A DNA stretch of 64,000 nucleotides, taken from IMG/VR virus record IMGVR_UViG_3300042888_001941, positions 64,001-128,000 of that record; one strand, written 5' to 3'. Within the stretch, counting starts at the first letter, position 1; each line of letters opens with the position of its first letter. The DNA is from a virus. The position numbers and the translations under genes were made by a program. Of the stretch, positions 30,256 to 39,450 are shown piece after piece. Under the pieces are notes generated by a model, which ran no database searches, was not told the DNA's origin, and was given only the letters and a program-made list of their open reading frames with translations.

Positions 30256-31638
30256 ATGCCAATAACAACTACGCCAAACGGCGGTCCTCAAGGGGAGTTT
30301 AGCACTTACACTCCTATTTACGCGCAGACTTTATCTAGTGCTGCTGCCACAGTAACACTCTCAAATATTCCTACTACATACACAGATCTTAGAATCGTTG
30401 TTTCACCGGCAAGCAGCGACAATCTGTACGGAATGGATATGGTATTTAATGCAGACACCGCTTCTAATTACTCAATGACGGAGTTAAGAGGAAACGGAAC
30501 TTCTGCCCTTTCGAGCAGATTGTCCAATCAAACAAAAGCGTGGATTTATTACAACATCAACCCAGGAACTACTCTAGGCGATAACACAGTTCTTATTGAC
30601 GTGGTTAACTACGCCAACACCACAACCTTTAAGACTGCATTTTCTAGGTTTAATTCAATGGGTGGGTCATATCAAGGAACAGGCGGAATCGTAAACTTAT
30701 GGCGCAAGACCCCTGAAGCTATTACAAGCATTAAACTATCTATGACTGGCGCTAATTTTAAGATTGGCTCAACATTTACACTTTACGGAATCAAAGCAGC
30801 CGCCCCTGCTCCTAAGGCAACTGGTGGAGATGGAGTCTACACAGACGGTACTTATTGGTATCATGTATTTAACAGCTCTGGAATTCTTGATGTGCGACAA
30901 GATCTTACTTGCGATTACCTTGTAGTTGCAGGTGGCGCAGGCGCGGGCTACTTGTCTGGTGGTGGCGGAGCTGGGGGTTACAGGCACTTCACCTCTCAGT
31001 CTCTAACAGCAAAACAGTATCCAGTAGTAATAGGAGCGGGTGGCGCTAAAGCAAGCGTTACACGTACTTCAGGAGCAAACGGCAGTAATACGTCTTTTAA
31101 TTCTGTATCTTCAACTGGTGGTGGACACGGTTCTTTTGAAGACGGTAACGCTAATGCTGGCCTTGCAGCTAGTGCGGGTGGTTCTGGTGGTGGAGCACCA
31201 GTAGCAGAGCCGAGCAACGCGTACGGCGCAGGTAACGCGGGAGGTTACACTCCAGTTGAAGGTTACCGTGGTGGCGGTGGAACAGGAGACCGTAATTACA
31301 ACAATGGAGCTGGCGGCGGTGGTGGTTCTTCTGCAGTTGGTGGAAATGGTACAACGTCTTCCGGCGGTGCAGGTGGCGCTGGAACTTTAAATTCAATCTC
31401 GGGAACTGCAGTCTACTATGCAACAGGTGGCGGTGGAGCTTTTAACTTTAATGGGTCTCATGGAAGTGGCCTAGCAAACCTTCAAAGCGGCTCTGGAGGC
31501 AGCAGTAGCAGTGGAACTACTGCAGGAACTGGTAATCCAAACACTGGAAATGGCGCTGGCGGCAGATATAATGGCGGAACTGCTAGTGATTCTGCATCTG
31601 GTGGCTCAGGAGTTGTAATTGTGAGGTACGCGGTCTAA
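30256..31638 (+). CDS. Cassette 3, chain B (with Gly-rich domain)
   Basis: STYTPI...YTDL...NYANTTTFKT..SR...LYGIK plus a Gly-rich domain. Confidence 0.7.
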   Translation: MPITTTPNGGPQGEFSTYTPIYAQTLSSAAATVTLSNIPTTYTDLRIVVSPASSDNLYGMDMVFNADTASNYSMTELRGNGTSALSSRLSNQTKAWIYYNINPGTTLGDNTVLIDVVNYANTTTFKTAFSRFNSMGGSYQGTGGIVNLWRKTPEAITSIKLSMTGANFKIGSTFTLYGIKAAAPAPKATGGDGVYTDGTYWYHVFNSSGILDVRQDLTCDYLVVAGGAGAGYLSGGGGAGGYRHFTSQSLTAKQYPVVIGAGGAKASVTRTSGANGSNTSFNSVSSTGGGHGSFEDGNANAGLAASAGGSGGGAPVAEPSNAYGAGNAGGYTPVEGYRGGGGTGDRNYNNGAGGGGGSSAVGGNGTTSSGGAGGAGTLNSISGTAVYYATGGGGAFNFNGSHGSGLANLQSGSGGSSSSGTTAGTGNPNTGNGAGGRYNGGTASDSASGGSGVVIVRYAV

Positions 31639-32960
31639 TGGCTAATACACTTATTCCTATTCAGACTTATACACTTAGTTCAACTACTAACTCAGTGACA
31701 TTTTCCAATATCCCGCAAAATTATACTGACTTAAAGTTAGTTGTTAGTGGGCGTACTTCGCGTGCGGATAACGGCGACTATGCTCTATTGAGTCTTAATG
31801 GCGCTGAAGGCAACTCTGCAAGAGGTATCTGGGGTTATGGAACAACGATACTTTCAGACGACACAACTAACAATGCGTTAATTGTTCCTGGTAATACTGC
31901 AACGGCATCCACATTCAGCAATTTAGAAGTTCACTGCCCAAACTACACAAGTACTACAAGTAAGTCTGTGTCTATAGACGCTTCAGCAGAAGATAATGCG
32001 TCTGCCTCAAATGGAAATAAACTAAGCGCTATTTTATGGTCCAGTGGTTCTGCTTCAACTTCTGCTGTTACAACAATTACTTTAGCAGCGCGTTTTGGTA
32101 ACTTTTTATCAGGTTCTACTTTCACTCTTTACGGAATCTCAAACGGCGTAAAAGCAGTCGGTGGAACACTTACCGTTGCAGGCGGATACGCATACCATAC
32201 CTTTACTTCAACAGGTTCTTTCTTGCCTAATCAAAGAATCAAAGGCGCAGAAGTTCTAGTAGTTGCTGGTGGTGGTGGCGGCTGCGGGTACGGAGCAGGC
32301 GGCGCGGGAGGACTTTCTTACAAGTCTTCATCTACTTTTGACGTTGGTTTTTACACAGCAATAATTGGTTCTGGCGGAGCAAGCGGAATTTCTGCTGGCG
32401 GAGCGGTCGGTGGTTCTGGCACCAATTCAGTATTTGCAGGAATCACTTCTAATGGTGGCGGTGGCGGTCGTACTAATAACACTGGTCTTTCTGGCGGCTC
32501 TGGCGCTGGCGGATCCTACTCAAATCAAGCAGGTGGAGCAGCAACACAAGGAAACACTGGCGGAGCAATCGGATACGGAAATGCTGGCGGCACCGGGTAC
32601 TCAAACAACACTACTATCTTTAACGCGGGTGGCGGCGGCGGAGCGGGAGCTGCAGGTATTGCCGGGACAGTCACGCCGAATGATGGCGGAGACGGTTTGC
32701 AGACGTGGGCGTTGTGGGCAACTGTCACAGGCACAGGTGAAAGTGGCTACTACGCTGGTGGCGGAGGCGGTTGTAGCCGACAGACAAACAATATGGGTCG
32801 TGGAGGACGCGGCGGTGGTGGCGCTGGTGGAAACAGAAACACTTCTGCTGTTGCTGGCGCTGCTGTAGCTAATACAGGCGGCGGTGGTGGAGCTGGCGAT
32901 GATGACGCAGGTGGTGCAGGAGCTTCAGGTATCATAATTGTTCGTTATCCTTTAAGTTAG
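31638..32960 (+). CDS. Cassette 3, chain C (with Gly-rich domain)
   Basis: FSNIPQNYTDL...ATASTFSN...PNY...EDN...LYGI plus a Gly-rich domain. Confidence 0.7.
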   Translation: MANTLIPIQTYTLSSTTNSVTFSNIPQNYTDLKLVVSGRTSRADNGDYALLSLNGAEGNSARGIWGYGTTILSDDTTNNALIVPGNTATASTFSNLEVHCPNYTSTTSKSVSIDASAEDNASASNGNKLSAILWSSGSASTSAVTTITLAARFGNFLSGSTFTLYGISNGVKAVGGTLTVAGGYAYHTFTSTGSFLPNQRIKGAEVLVVAGGGGGCGYGAGGAGGLSYKSSSTFDVGFYTAIIGSGGASGISAGGAVGGSGTNSVFAGITSNGGGGGRTNNTGLSGGSGAGGSYSNQAGGAATQGNTGGAIGYGNAGGTGYSNNTTIFNAGGGGGAGAAGIAGTVTPNDGGDGLQTWALWATVTGTGESGYYAGGGGGCSRQTNNMGRGGRGGGGAGGNRNTSAVAGAAVANTGGGGGAGDDDAGGAGASGIIIVRYPLS

Positions 32961-33007
32961 CGCGTGTAAATACAACATTCTTTAGTAAAATAGTGTAAGG
33001 TAGTACC

Positions 33008-34048
33008 ATGAAAGTAGCTGCCTACGCCATCGCGTTGAATGAAGAAAAGCATGCTGCCCGCTGGGCTGAAACCACAAAGGGCGCAGACTTCCGCCTTGTG
33101 TGTGATACTGGATCCACTGATAGAACCGTTGAGATCCTTCGTGAGCATGGCGTAATCGTTCATGAAATATCTGTAAAGCCTTGGCGCTTTGACGTTGCTC
33201 GTAACACCGCACAGAGTTTACTTCCTAATGACGTAGACGTATGCTTGTCACTTGACATGGACGAGCTTGTAGATGAAAACTTTTTTGATGAGGTTCGCAA
33301 GCAGTGGATTCCAGATGCTAACAAAGGCTGGTGCGATTTTGACACAGGTCACGTTTGGTTAGGTTGTCGTTTACACGCGCGTCATGGTATGTATTGGAAG
33401 TATCCAATTCACGAGGTATTCGTTCCGTCGCTTGATACACCGATTAGAAGCATAACAATTACTGGAACTAAGATGTATCACAAGCCGGATGACACAAAAT
33501 CACGCGGACAGTACCTACCTATGCTTGTTGCCGCGTCAAAAGAATTTGGAGAAGATCACCGCATCTGGGTCTATCTTACTCGCGAATACATGTTCTATAA
33601 GATGTGGGACCTAGTTCTATCAAGTGCTGAAAAAGTTCATGCGTTTAGTAAGGACTGGTATGTTGAGAGAGCTGCGGTGTGTCGTTGGGCAAGCGAGGCT
33701 TGCCGTATCCTTGGTCAACCTGAGACTGCAATGGTGTGGGCAGATCGCGCAATTGAGATTGATCCTTGCGGTGAAAATTACTTTGAGAAGGTTCGTTGCT
33801 ACTATGAGCGCGGCGACTGGTCAGGCATTTGGGAAACATCCAAGATAGTTGCTCGCTGCGAAAAAACAAGTCACTATCTTTCAAGTAAAGATCTGTGGGA
33901 ATGGCGACTCTACGATATGCAGGCTCTTGCAGCGCACAATCTGGGAGATAAGCCTAAGGCAATTAAGTACGGAGAACTTGCAATAGAAGGTAATCCAGTA
34001 GATCTACGATTAAGAAACAACCTAGTATTCTACAAACAAGGGATCTAA
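33008..34048 (+). CDS. GT2 glycosyltransferase with TPR-like C-terminus (protein O-glycosyltransferase type)
   Basis: I..NEE, DTGSTDRT, F..ARN, LDMDE (DxD), IHE; helical TPR-like repeats. Confidence 0.85.
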   Translation: MKVAAYAIALNEEKHAARWAETTKGADFRLVCDTGSTDRTVEILREHGVIVHEISVKPWRFDVARNTAQSLLPNDVDVCLSLDMDELVDENFFDEVRKQWIPDANKGWCDFDTGHVWLGCRLHARHGMYWKYPIHEVFVPSLDTPIRSITITGTKMYHKPDDTKSRGQYLPMLVAASKEFGEDHRIWVYLTREYMFYKMWDLVLSSAEKVHAFSKDWYVERAAVCRWASEACRILGQPETAMVWADRAIEIDPCGENYFEKVRCYYERGDWSGIWETSKIVARCEKTSHYLSSKDLWEWRLYDMQALAAHNLGDKPKAIKYGELAIEGNPVDLRLRNNLVFYKQGI

Positions 34049-34911
34049 TGGAGCAGCCAATTGTATTCGTTGCTCTACTTGCAAAACAAAAAGCGCAGGT
34101 ATTAAACTTCTTCCTAGAAACACTTGACGCGTGGGATTACCCTAAGGACAGAATTCATATCTACATCCGCACGAATAACAATACGGATAACACCGAGGAT
34201 ATTCTTGCTGACTGGATTGGTCGCAACGTACAGTCATACCGCAGCGTTGCGTTCGAGACACAGGACGTAGCAGAGCGAGTGCAGGATCTTGAGGTTCATC
34301 AGTGGACAGGTGAAAGATTTAGAGTTCTTGCAAAGATTCGTCAAGAAAGCTTACGCCAATGCTTACTCACAGACGCGGACTATTACTTCGTAGTAGATCT
34401 AGATAACTTCTTATACCCAGACACTCTTAAGGAAATGGTTAAACTTCAACTTCCAATTGTAGCTCCGCTTCTTAGATACGCTATTGCTGGAGGAGATCAT
34501 GCGGATATTCCGACTGAGGCAGCAAAGATAGAAGGACACCAAGGACAGTTCTATGCAAACTATCATCACCTTGTAGATGACTACGGCTCGATTGTAGCAA
34601 ACGACACATACTATAAAATTCTTGACCAAGCAATTAAAGGTCTTATTGAGTGTGACTGCGTGCATTGCACGTACTTAATTAAGCGCGAGTACATTGAACG
34701 CCTTAACTACACCGAGGAATCTGATCGTTGGGAGTACATGGTATTCTCAGAGTCTGCACGCAAGCAGGGTATTCCTCAGTACCTAGATAATCGACGCATC
34801 TGGGGAGTACTTACACTTACAGAGAACGAGAAGGCGTGTCGCTGGTGGATGGATCGCCTTAAGGATCCAGCAACTCAAACTGACCTATATCTTAACCGAG
34901 CGCTAGACTAG
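34048..34911 (+). CDS. GT-A glycosyltransferase resembling the N-terminal domain of procollagen galactosyltransferase (COLGALT/PLOD-like)
   Basis: VFVALLAK...YPKDRI...NTDNTEDIL..W...RQ.SL...ADY..VDLDN..PDTL...IVAPLL...VHCTYLI matches the motif order of COLGALT1 as recalled. Confidence 0.7.
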   Translation: MEQPIVFVALLAKQKAQVLNFFLETLDAWDYPKDRIHIYIRTNNNTDNTEDILADWIGRNVQSYRSVAFETQDVAERVQDLEVHQWTGERFRVLAKIRQESLRQCLLTDADYYFVVDLDNFLYPDTLKEMVKLQLPIVAPLLRYAIAGGDHADIPTEAAKIEGHQGQFYANYHHLVDDYGSIVANDTYYKILDQAIKGLIECDCVHCTYLIKREYIERLNYTEESDRWEYMVFSESARKQGIPQYLDNRRIWGVLTLTENEKACRWWMDRLKDPATQTDLYLNRALD

Positions 34912-35418
34912 CTTTTCTTTTTTCTTCTTAGTCTTTTTCTTTTTGGTTGAAGCCTTCAGTAGCTTCTCTTCCCGTTGTGAATGATACGCATCTACAGCAT
35001 TTGCGCTTGTTCGTGAGCGCCAGGTAAAGTCGCAAGCCTCGCATTGAACAAGACGCATGGTTGCCCAGCGTCCGCCATTAGGTGTGTTAACAACAAGTGT
35101 TTTAAGACGATTTGGTCGTGCGTTGCAATAAGGGCATTGCGGGAAACGTTGGCGACGTGATTCTTGTCCGTTCCAGGATACTGAAAGAGTACGACGAATC
35201 TCTCCTTCATCCTTTCCACCCCAGATACCCCAGATTTGTTTGTGCTCAAGCGCCCACTTTAAGCAGTCTTTACGAACAGGACATACGAAGCACAAGTTCT
35301 TTGCTTGATACTTTTCTGCAGGCTCTGTTGAAAAGAAGAAATCTTTTACCTTGTCGTTCTCTGGCAGCGAGCATGTAGACTCTTTTTGCCAGTTAAGCTC
35401 TCCTGGATTTAAGCTCAT
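34903..35418 (-). CDS. whiB: WhiB-family Fe-S transcription factor with extra Zn-ribbon and Lys-rich tail
   Basis: C...C-x2-C-x5-C (CFVCPVRKDC), GIWGG turn; then CPYC...CEAC and KKKKTKKKK. Confidence 0.9.
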   Translation of the reverse strand: MSLNPGELNWQKESTCSLPENDKVKDFFFSTEPAEKYQAKNLCFVCPVRKDCLKWALEHKQIWGIWGGKDEGEIRRTLSVSWNGQESRRQRFPQCPYCNARPNRLKTLVVNTPNGGRWATMRLVQCEACDFTWRSRTSANAVDAYHSQREEKLLKASTKKKKTKKKKEKLV

Positions 35419-35774
35419 TGAAGCACCTCAACCCAGGTGATCTCTGACATATTGTCAACAGCGTCTCCGTACTGAGTTTCACCGTCTTCATCACAAACGG
35501 TAAGATCAATATCGCCGTCTACTTCACCAGCATATCCATAAGATACATGAGCAGATTCAATAGCTTGAAAACCGTTGCCTAGTGTAACGGATATACCATC
35601 ACGTTGAAGTGCAGACGCGAGCGCGCGGCGGATAAGCTCGTTCTCTACGTCAACTCTCTCGTCGGTAAAAAAGACAAGTGAGTTATCGTGGATAGACTCA
35701 TATCCAGAGCCTGTCCATTCCTTCCAAAGCAGCTCGCCTTTACGCGAATCCTTCACAGTGAACCCTTCCGTCAT
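35415..35774 (-). CDS. Hypothetical acidic protein
   Basis: 119-aa ORF coupled to whiB (ATGA); TATTAT-N5-ATG. Confidence 0.6.
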   Translation of the reverse strand: MTEGFTVKDSRKGELLWKEWTGSGYESIHDNSLVFFTDERVDVENELIRRALASALQRDGISVTLGNGFQAIESAHVSYGYAGEVDGDIDLTVCDEDGETQYGDAVDNMSEITWVEVLQ

Positions 35775-35888
35775 AAAGGATAATACACTGAATGGACGGA
35801 AAAGGTACGGTAAAACACCGACTATTTTTTAGTCAATAATTACCTTGGAGGTCGTATGAAAGTGTCTCTAAGAGTCACTGAGCGGCCA

Positions 35889-36416
35889 CTACATATTGTT
35901 GTAGGTGCCTAACACAAGCTCGCCAGAATGATCTGGCCATAGGTACTGGTAATACGCAGGGCGAAAGCCTTTATCCTCTGGCCAGCCAAACTGTGAGTAC
36001 CACTCGTAATCTTTGCGCAGTAGAGCAACGCGGTGAGTAGATGCGATCTGTTCGTACTTGTCCGTGTCCTTCAGCCAGTCTGGGAAGGTAAGCTCGTTGC
36101 TGATACGGTCAAGCTCAAGCGCGCGAGTAAGCGTGCCCTGGATCTTAGGAATCATAGTTGAGTTGTAACCGCGACGCAGCCACTCGTCACACATTGTAGT
36201 CGCATATAAGGCAAGACCTTTTTCATGGCCTTCCCACATCTTTGCTGCCGGATGATTGCGCCAGCCTTTAGGGTCACGATGTTCACCGCGAGGATCTAGT
36301 GACGTAAGTACAAGCATGAGTTGCCATGCCTCAAGTACCTGCTTGTTAAGGCGCTTGTTGTCGAGCTCCTGAGCAATATGCTCAAAGGAGTCAGTGTGAG
36401 GTAAGAATGTTTGCAT
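35889..36416 (-). CDS. Pyrimidine-dimer DNA glycosylase/endonuclease V-like protein (MSMEG_6728 type)
   Basis: MQTFLP...LDNKRLNKQ..E..Q...GWRNHPA..MW.G...EW..RGY...HR..LLRKD. Confidence 0.8.
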   Translation of the reverse strand: MQTFLPHTDSFEHIAQELDNKRLNKQVLEAWQLMLVLTSLDPRGEHRDPKGWRNHPAAKMWEGHEKGLALYATTMCDEWLRRGYNSTMIPKIQGTLTRALELDRISNELTFPDWLKDTDKYEQIASTHRVALLRKDYEWYSQFGWPEDKGFRPAYYQYLWPDHSGELVLGTYNNM

Positions 36417-36456
36417 GTATGCGTCCGTTCGTCATTATGGAAATTATATCACATGT

Positions 36457-36738
36457 TTAGCGCTCGTCGGGGTTTGATTCCTCGATTGACATATCCTCGT
36501 CTTCATTATCCCGCTCATATGGCTCTATAGGCACGTATATGCCTACTACGGTAACTTTCCCGCAGGAAATACATTCACATACCGCGCCAGGGACTAGGTT
36601 AAGAGGAACGGTCACGCTTACCAACCGCGTGATGATATTTCCATTTTCATCAACGCTATCTGGTTCCCACGTGCTATTCTCACGAATCCAGCACAACTCG
36701 CACTGAGGTGCTAGGTCTTCGTCGTAGTCTCGTATCAT
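36457..36738 (-). CDS. Hypothetical Zn-finger protein
   Basis: CELC...CISC; acidic tail; coupled to the methyltransferase-like gene. Confidence 0.55.
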   Translation of the reverse strand: MIRDYDEDLAPQCELCWIRENSTWEPDSVDENGNIITRLVSVTVPLNLVPGAVCECISCGKVTVVGIYVPIEPYERDNEDEDMSIEESNPDER

Positions 36739-37997
36739 TACGCGCGTGCTTCCATAGGCTTAGAGTACCACTTCTTCTTTGCGGCGTGTCGAGAAAAGTC
36801 CTTATCACCGTTGATTAAGTACTCACGGTCACCAATCTTTTCAGCATTGCCTTCTTGTGGATTTCCTTCTAGTGAATCCTTAATTGCCTTCGCAATAAAG
36901 TTTCCAGCCTGCACCGCGACTGCCTTGCCCCAGACTGCAGGAAGTGCTGAGTAATCCTTAACGCTTTCAATATCCCAGTCATCGGGAAGTCCCTGCATGC
37001 GTGCAGCCTCGCGGTGAGTAATCAAGCGAGGTTCAGTTGGGTGAACAACGTGATCTAGTGCAGAGCCAGTAAGTACGTTGCACCAGTGATCTTCTTTCCA
37101 GCGATATGGTTGTGAAAACCCAAGCTTAAATTCTTTACGAATAACACGCGGAGAAATATCCATCCACTTTTGCGGGAACTCACCATTGTTCTTTTCAACG
37201 GCCTTCTTTAGCGCACCGCCAGTGTCGCCATTGCCTTCCCAGGCGTCATTTCCAATAATGCTAAAGATCTCTTCAATGCGTTGAGCATGAATATTAGTCT
37301 TGCCGATGTGACCGTTAACCATTCCATTTTTTGAGCGCAGGTGCTTATTCCACTTAGTTGCTGGAGCTGCGTACGGTTGGCTATTCCATGTCAAAGGAAG
37401 TTTAGCAAGATCTCCAATAACGTCCATAATGCGTGGAAGCTCTGTCGGCTCAATATGCGTAACATCAAACTTAATGCCACTGCGAACAGCAATCCAGAAG
37501 TAACGAGGACGATACGAGAATCCACCAACTTGTAAGTTATTGTGTTTCACGTGGTACAGGTCGTACTTCTTGCCAGACAATTCTTCTAGCATATTGCGGT
37601 ACTTAACCATTACCTCACGCCCTTGCGTGTAAGCCTGCTGCACACTCTCGTAAACAACAAACTTAGGCGCAACCTTTGCAGCGTATCTAACAAATGCGCG
37701 TGTATGCTCGTGCGCCTTAGCGTCAGGACCGCGATTAGCTTCACCAGACCACACTGACCAACCGGAGCAGGGAGGGCAACCCATAACAATGTCAGCCTTC
37801 ATTACTGGCCATTCACTCGGGTCATCTGAGAACTGAGATACCCAGTTATTTCCTAGGTGATGACGGTTAGCCTCTGCAACTGGGTTACCAAAATCAAGTG
37901 TTCCAGTGCGCAGTTTCATTTCCATACCTTGTTGAATAAAACCAAGGCTCATGAAACCAGCAAGGCCGTTGCAGTCAATAAATTGTGGGTTAGACAT
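36738..37997 (-). CDS. DNA cytosine-C5 methyltransferase-fold enzyme with atypical cofactor motifs
   Basis: GCPPCSGWS (IV), YESV (VI), YRPRYF (VIII), RLITHREAARMQGLPDDW (IX); motif I reads DCNGLAGF and motif X reads WGKAV. Confidence 0.85.
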   Translation of the reverse strand: MSNPQFIDCNGLAGFMSLGFIQQGMEMKLRTGTLDFGNPVAEANRHHLGNNWVSQFSDDPSEWPVMKADIVMGCPPCSGWSVWSGEANRGPDAKAHEHTRAFVRYAAKVAPKFVVYESVQQAYTQGREVMVKYRNMLEELSGKKYDLYHVKHNNLQVGGFSYRPRYFWIAVRSGIKFDVTHIEPTELPRIMDVIGDLAKLPLTWNSQPYAAPATKWNKHLRSKNGMVNGHIGKTNIHAQRIEEIFSIIGNDAWEGNGDTGGALKKAVEKNNGEFPQKWMDISPRVIRKEFKLGFSQPYRWKEDHWCNVLTGSALDHVVHPTEPRLITHREAARMQGLPDDWDIESVKDYSALPAVWGKAVAVQAGNFIAKAIKDSLEGNPQEGNAEKIGDREYLINGDKDFSRHAAKKKWYSKPMEARA

Positions 37998-38057
37998 GGG
38001 AATCCCTCCGTAATGTGTACGGAAGGACTGTATACCGCATTCGCAGTAAATGTCCTG

Positions 38058-38351
38058 CTATTCCGCGGTGTTTTCTAGCAAACCTACCTCGTAGCCACAA
38101 CCTGCGTATCCAGCAATATCAACCCAAGTGTCAGGCTGATACCCAGATTTTGACGCGTATCGCGCAACCTTCAACCCAACCATCATCATTGCAACATCTT
38201 CACGAGTGATAGGCACGCTGAGAATTATAGACCAGACCTTTGCTATACGTTCAAAGTTTTCTTCTGGTCCGCCGTACTGCGCATCTCTGTCACCAGTAAT
38301 AATAGATGCCGCGGTGCGTAAAGCCTCTACTCTAGGAAGATTTTCGCTCAT
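38058..38351 (-). CDS. DUF6378-like all-alpha protein, possibly related to nucleotide hydrolases
   Basis: GDR...YG.PEENF.RIA..W...DVA.MM..LK.AR...D.WVD.AGYA. Confidence 0.7.
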   Translation of the reverse strand: MSENLPRVEALRTAASIITGDRDAQYGGPEENFERIAKVWSIILSVPITREDVAMMMVGLKVARYASKSGYQPDTWVDIAGYAGCGYEVGLLENTAE

Positions 38352-38542
38352 TCTTGACCTACCTTTGTGCGAACAGTTACCCTAGCGTTTAGCAAAGCGT
38401 CAAGCTCAGTGATGTTCATTTCTGCTGATATAGGAAGAGTTGCCTCAGTGTCGTTTGCAAGTTTCTTCCACTTAAACTCCGCTTGCTCACGCAGTTCTTG
38501 AAAGTCATTCCCGCTAACTGTAAACTCAACCGTAGCTCTCAT
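38348..38542 (-). CDS. Hypothetical protein
   Basis: 64-aa ORF translationally coupled on both sides. Confidence 0.55.
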   Translation of the reverse strand: MRATVEFTVSGNDFQELREQAEFKWKKLANDTEATLPISAEMNITELDALLNARVTVRTKVGQE

Positions 38543-38961
38543 TAGCGTATTCTTTTCTGCAGAAGATGCGGCGTGTAGTGCGCGCCATCAAGAACTGGCG
38601 TCTTATCGTCCATAGACTTAAAGATAATGTCGCCATAACGAACTCCAACAACTTTTCCGCGGCGTCCGTTATGCATAGCACCAGTAGATCCGTCATACGC
38701 GTCAGCCTTAACGCGGACCTCATCGCCTACCAGTATAGACCCTGGTTGCGCATCAACCCATAACTCGTCAGGCTTCTCAGGCACGATAGAGTGACCAAGA
38801 GCTAGCCTGCTGAACAGATCTATTACATCTTTAGTCTGATTGTCGGAAAGCTTCATGCCTCCCCATTCTTCAAGTAGTTTAAGGATAGCGTTACCTACGC
38901 CAACCTTAACCTTTGCTTCTTCCATTTGGGCTCTAACCCACTCAATGTTTACCTCAGGCAT
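38542..38961 (-). CDS. Hypothetical protein with KOW/SH3-like C-terminus
   Basis: VGDEVRV...NGRRGKVVGV; GGAGGG RBS. Confidence 0.6.
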   Translation of the reverse strand: MPEVNIEWVRAQMEEAKVKVGVGNAILKLLEEWGGMKLSDNQTKDVIDLFSRLALGHSIVPEKPDELWVDAQPGSILVGDEVRVKADAYDGSTGAMHNGRRGKVVGVRYGDIIFKSMDDKTPVLDGAHYTPHLLQKRIR

Positions 38962-38962
38962 G

Positions 38963-39448
38963 TTAGTTGTCCCCTCCTATTTCGTCTGGTAAGCACTTTA
39001 CACATATACCAAGATTTCTGCTGCGCCCAACGTCATCAATTGCGCGCTTGCATAGTTCACATTTTACGCCTTCATCTTTAACTTTGTACCCATTAAGCTG
39101 GCGTTCCTTATTGCGTTCCATTTTTTCAATATAGAACTTATCCAGCATTTCGTCTGTTCCACCCGCCGCAACGATGATATTTGCAACAAAGTGAAGAACA
39201 TCCACAGCTTCCTTAACAATTTCCTCGCGGTCCGCGTAAGGAGCATCGTGCTGCCAAGGCTTCCATGAGATAGCCTGGCGCATCTCTGCAAGTTCATCGT
39301 CAATGGCTAGCATGTTCCAGCGCATGTACTCAATCAACTTGCGAATATTCTGTGGCTTATCGCCTGTCATCTCTTCGTAGTTAATGAAGTATACGTTTTC
39401 CTGTAGATCACGTGTGCGACGCAACCAGTTATTAAACAACATTCCCAT
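38963..39448 (-). CDS. All-alpha dCTP/dUTP pyrophosphatase (T4 gp56-like)
   Basis: DELAE...WKPW...KEAVDVLHF..N...FY..K..RN..RQ.NGY follows the gp56/dimeric dUTPase pattern. Confidence 0.78.
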   Translation of the reverse strand: MGMLFNNWLRRTRDLQENVYFINYEEMTGDKPQNIRKLIEYMRWNMLAIDDELAEMRQAISWKPWQHDAPYADREEIVKEAVDVLHFVANIIVAAGGTDEMLDKFYIEKMERNKERQLNGYKVKDEGVKCELCKRAIDDVGRSRNLGICVKCLPDEIGGDN

Positions 39449-39450
39449 CG

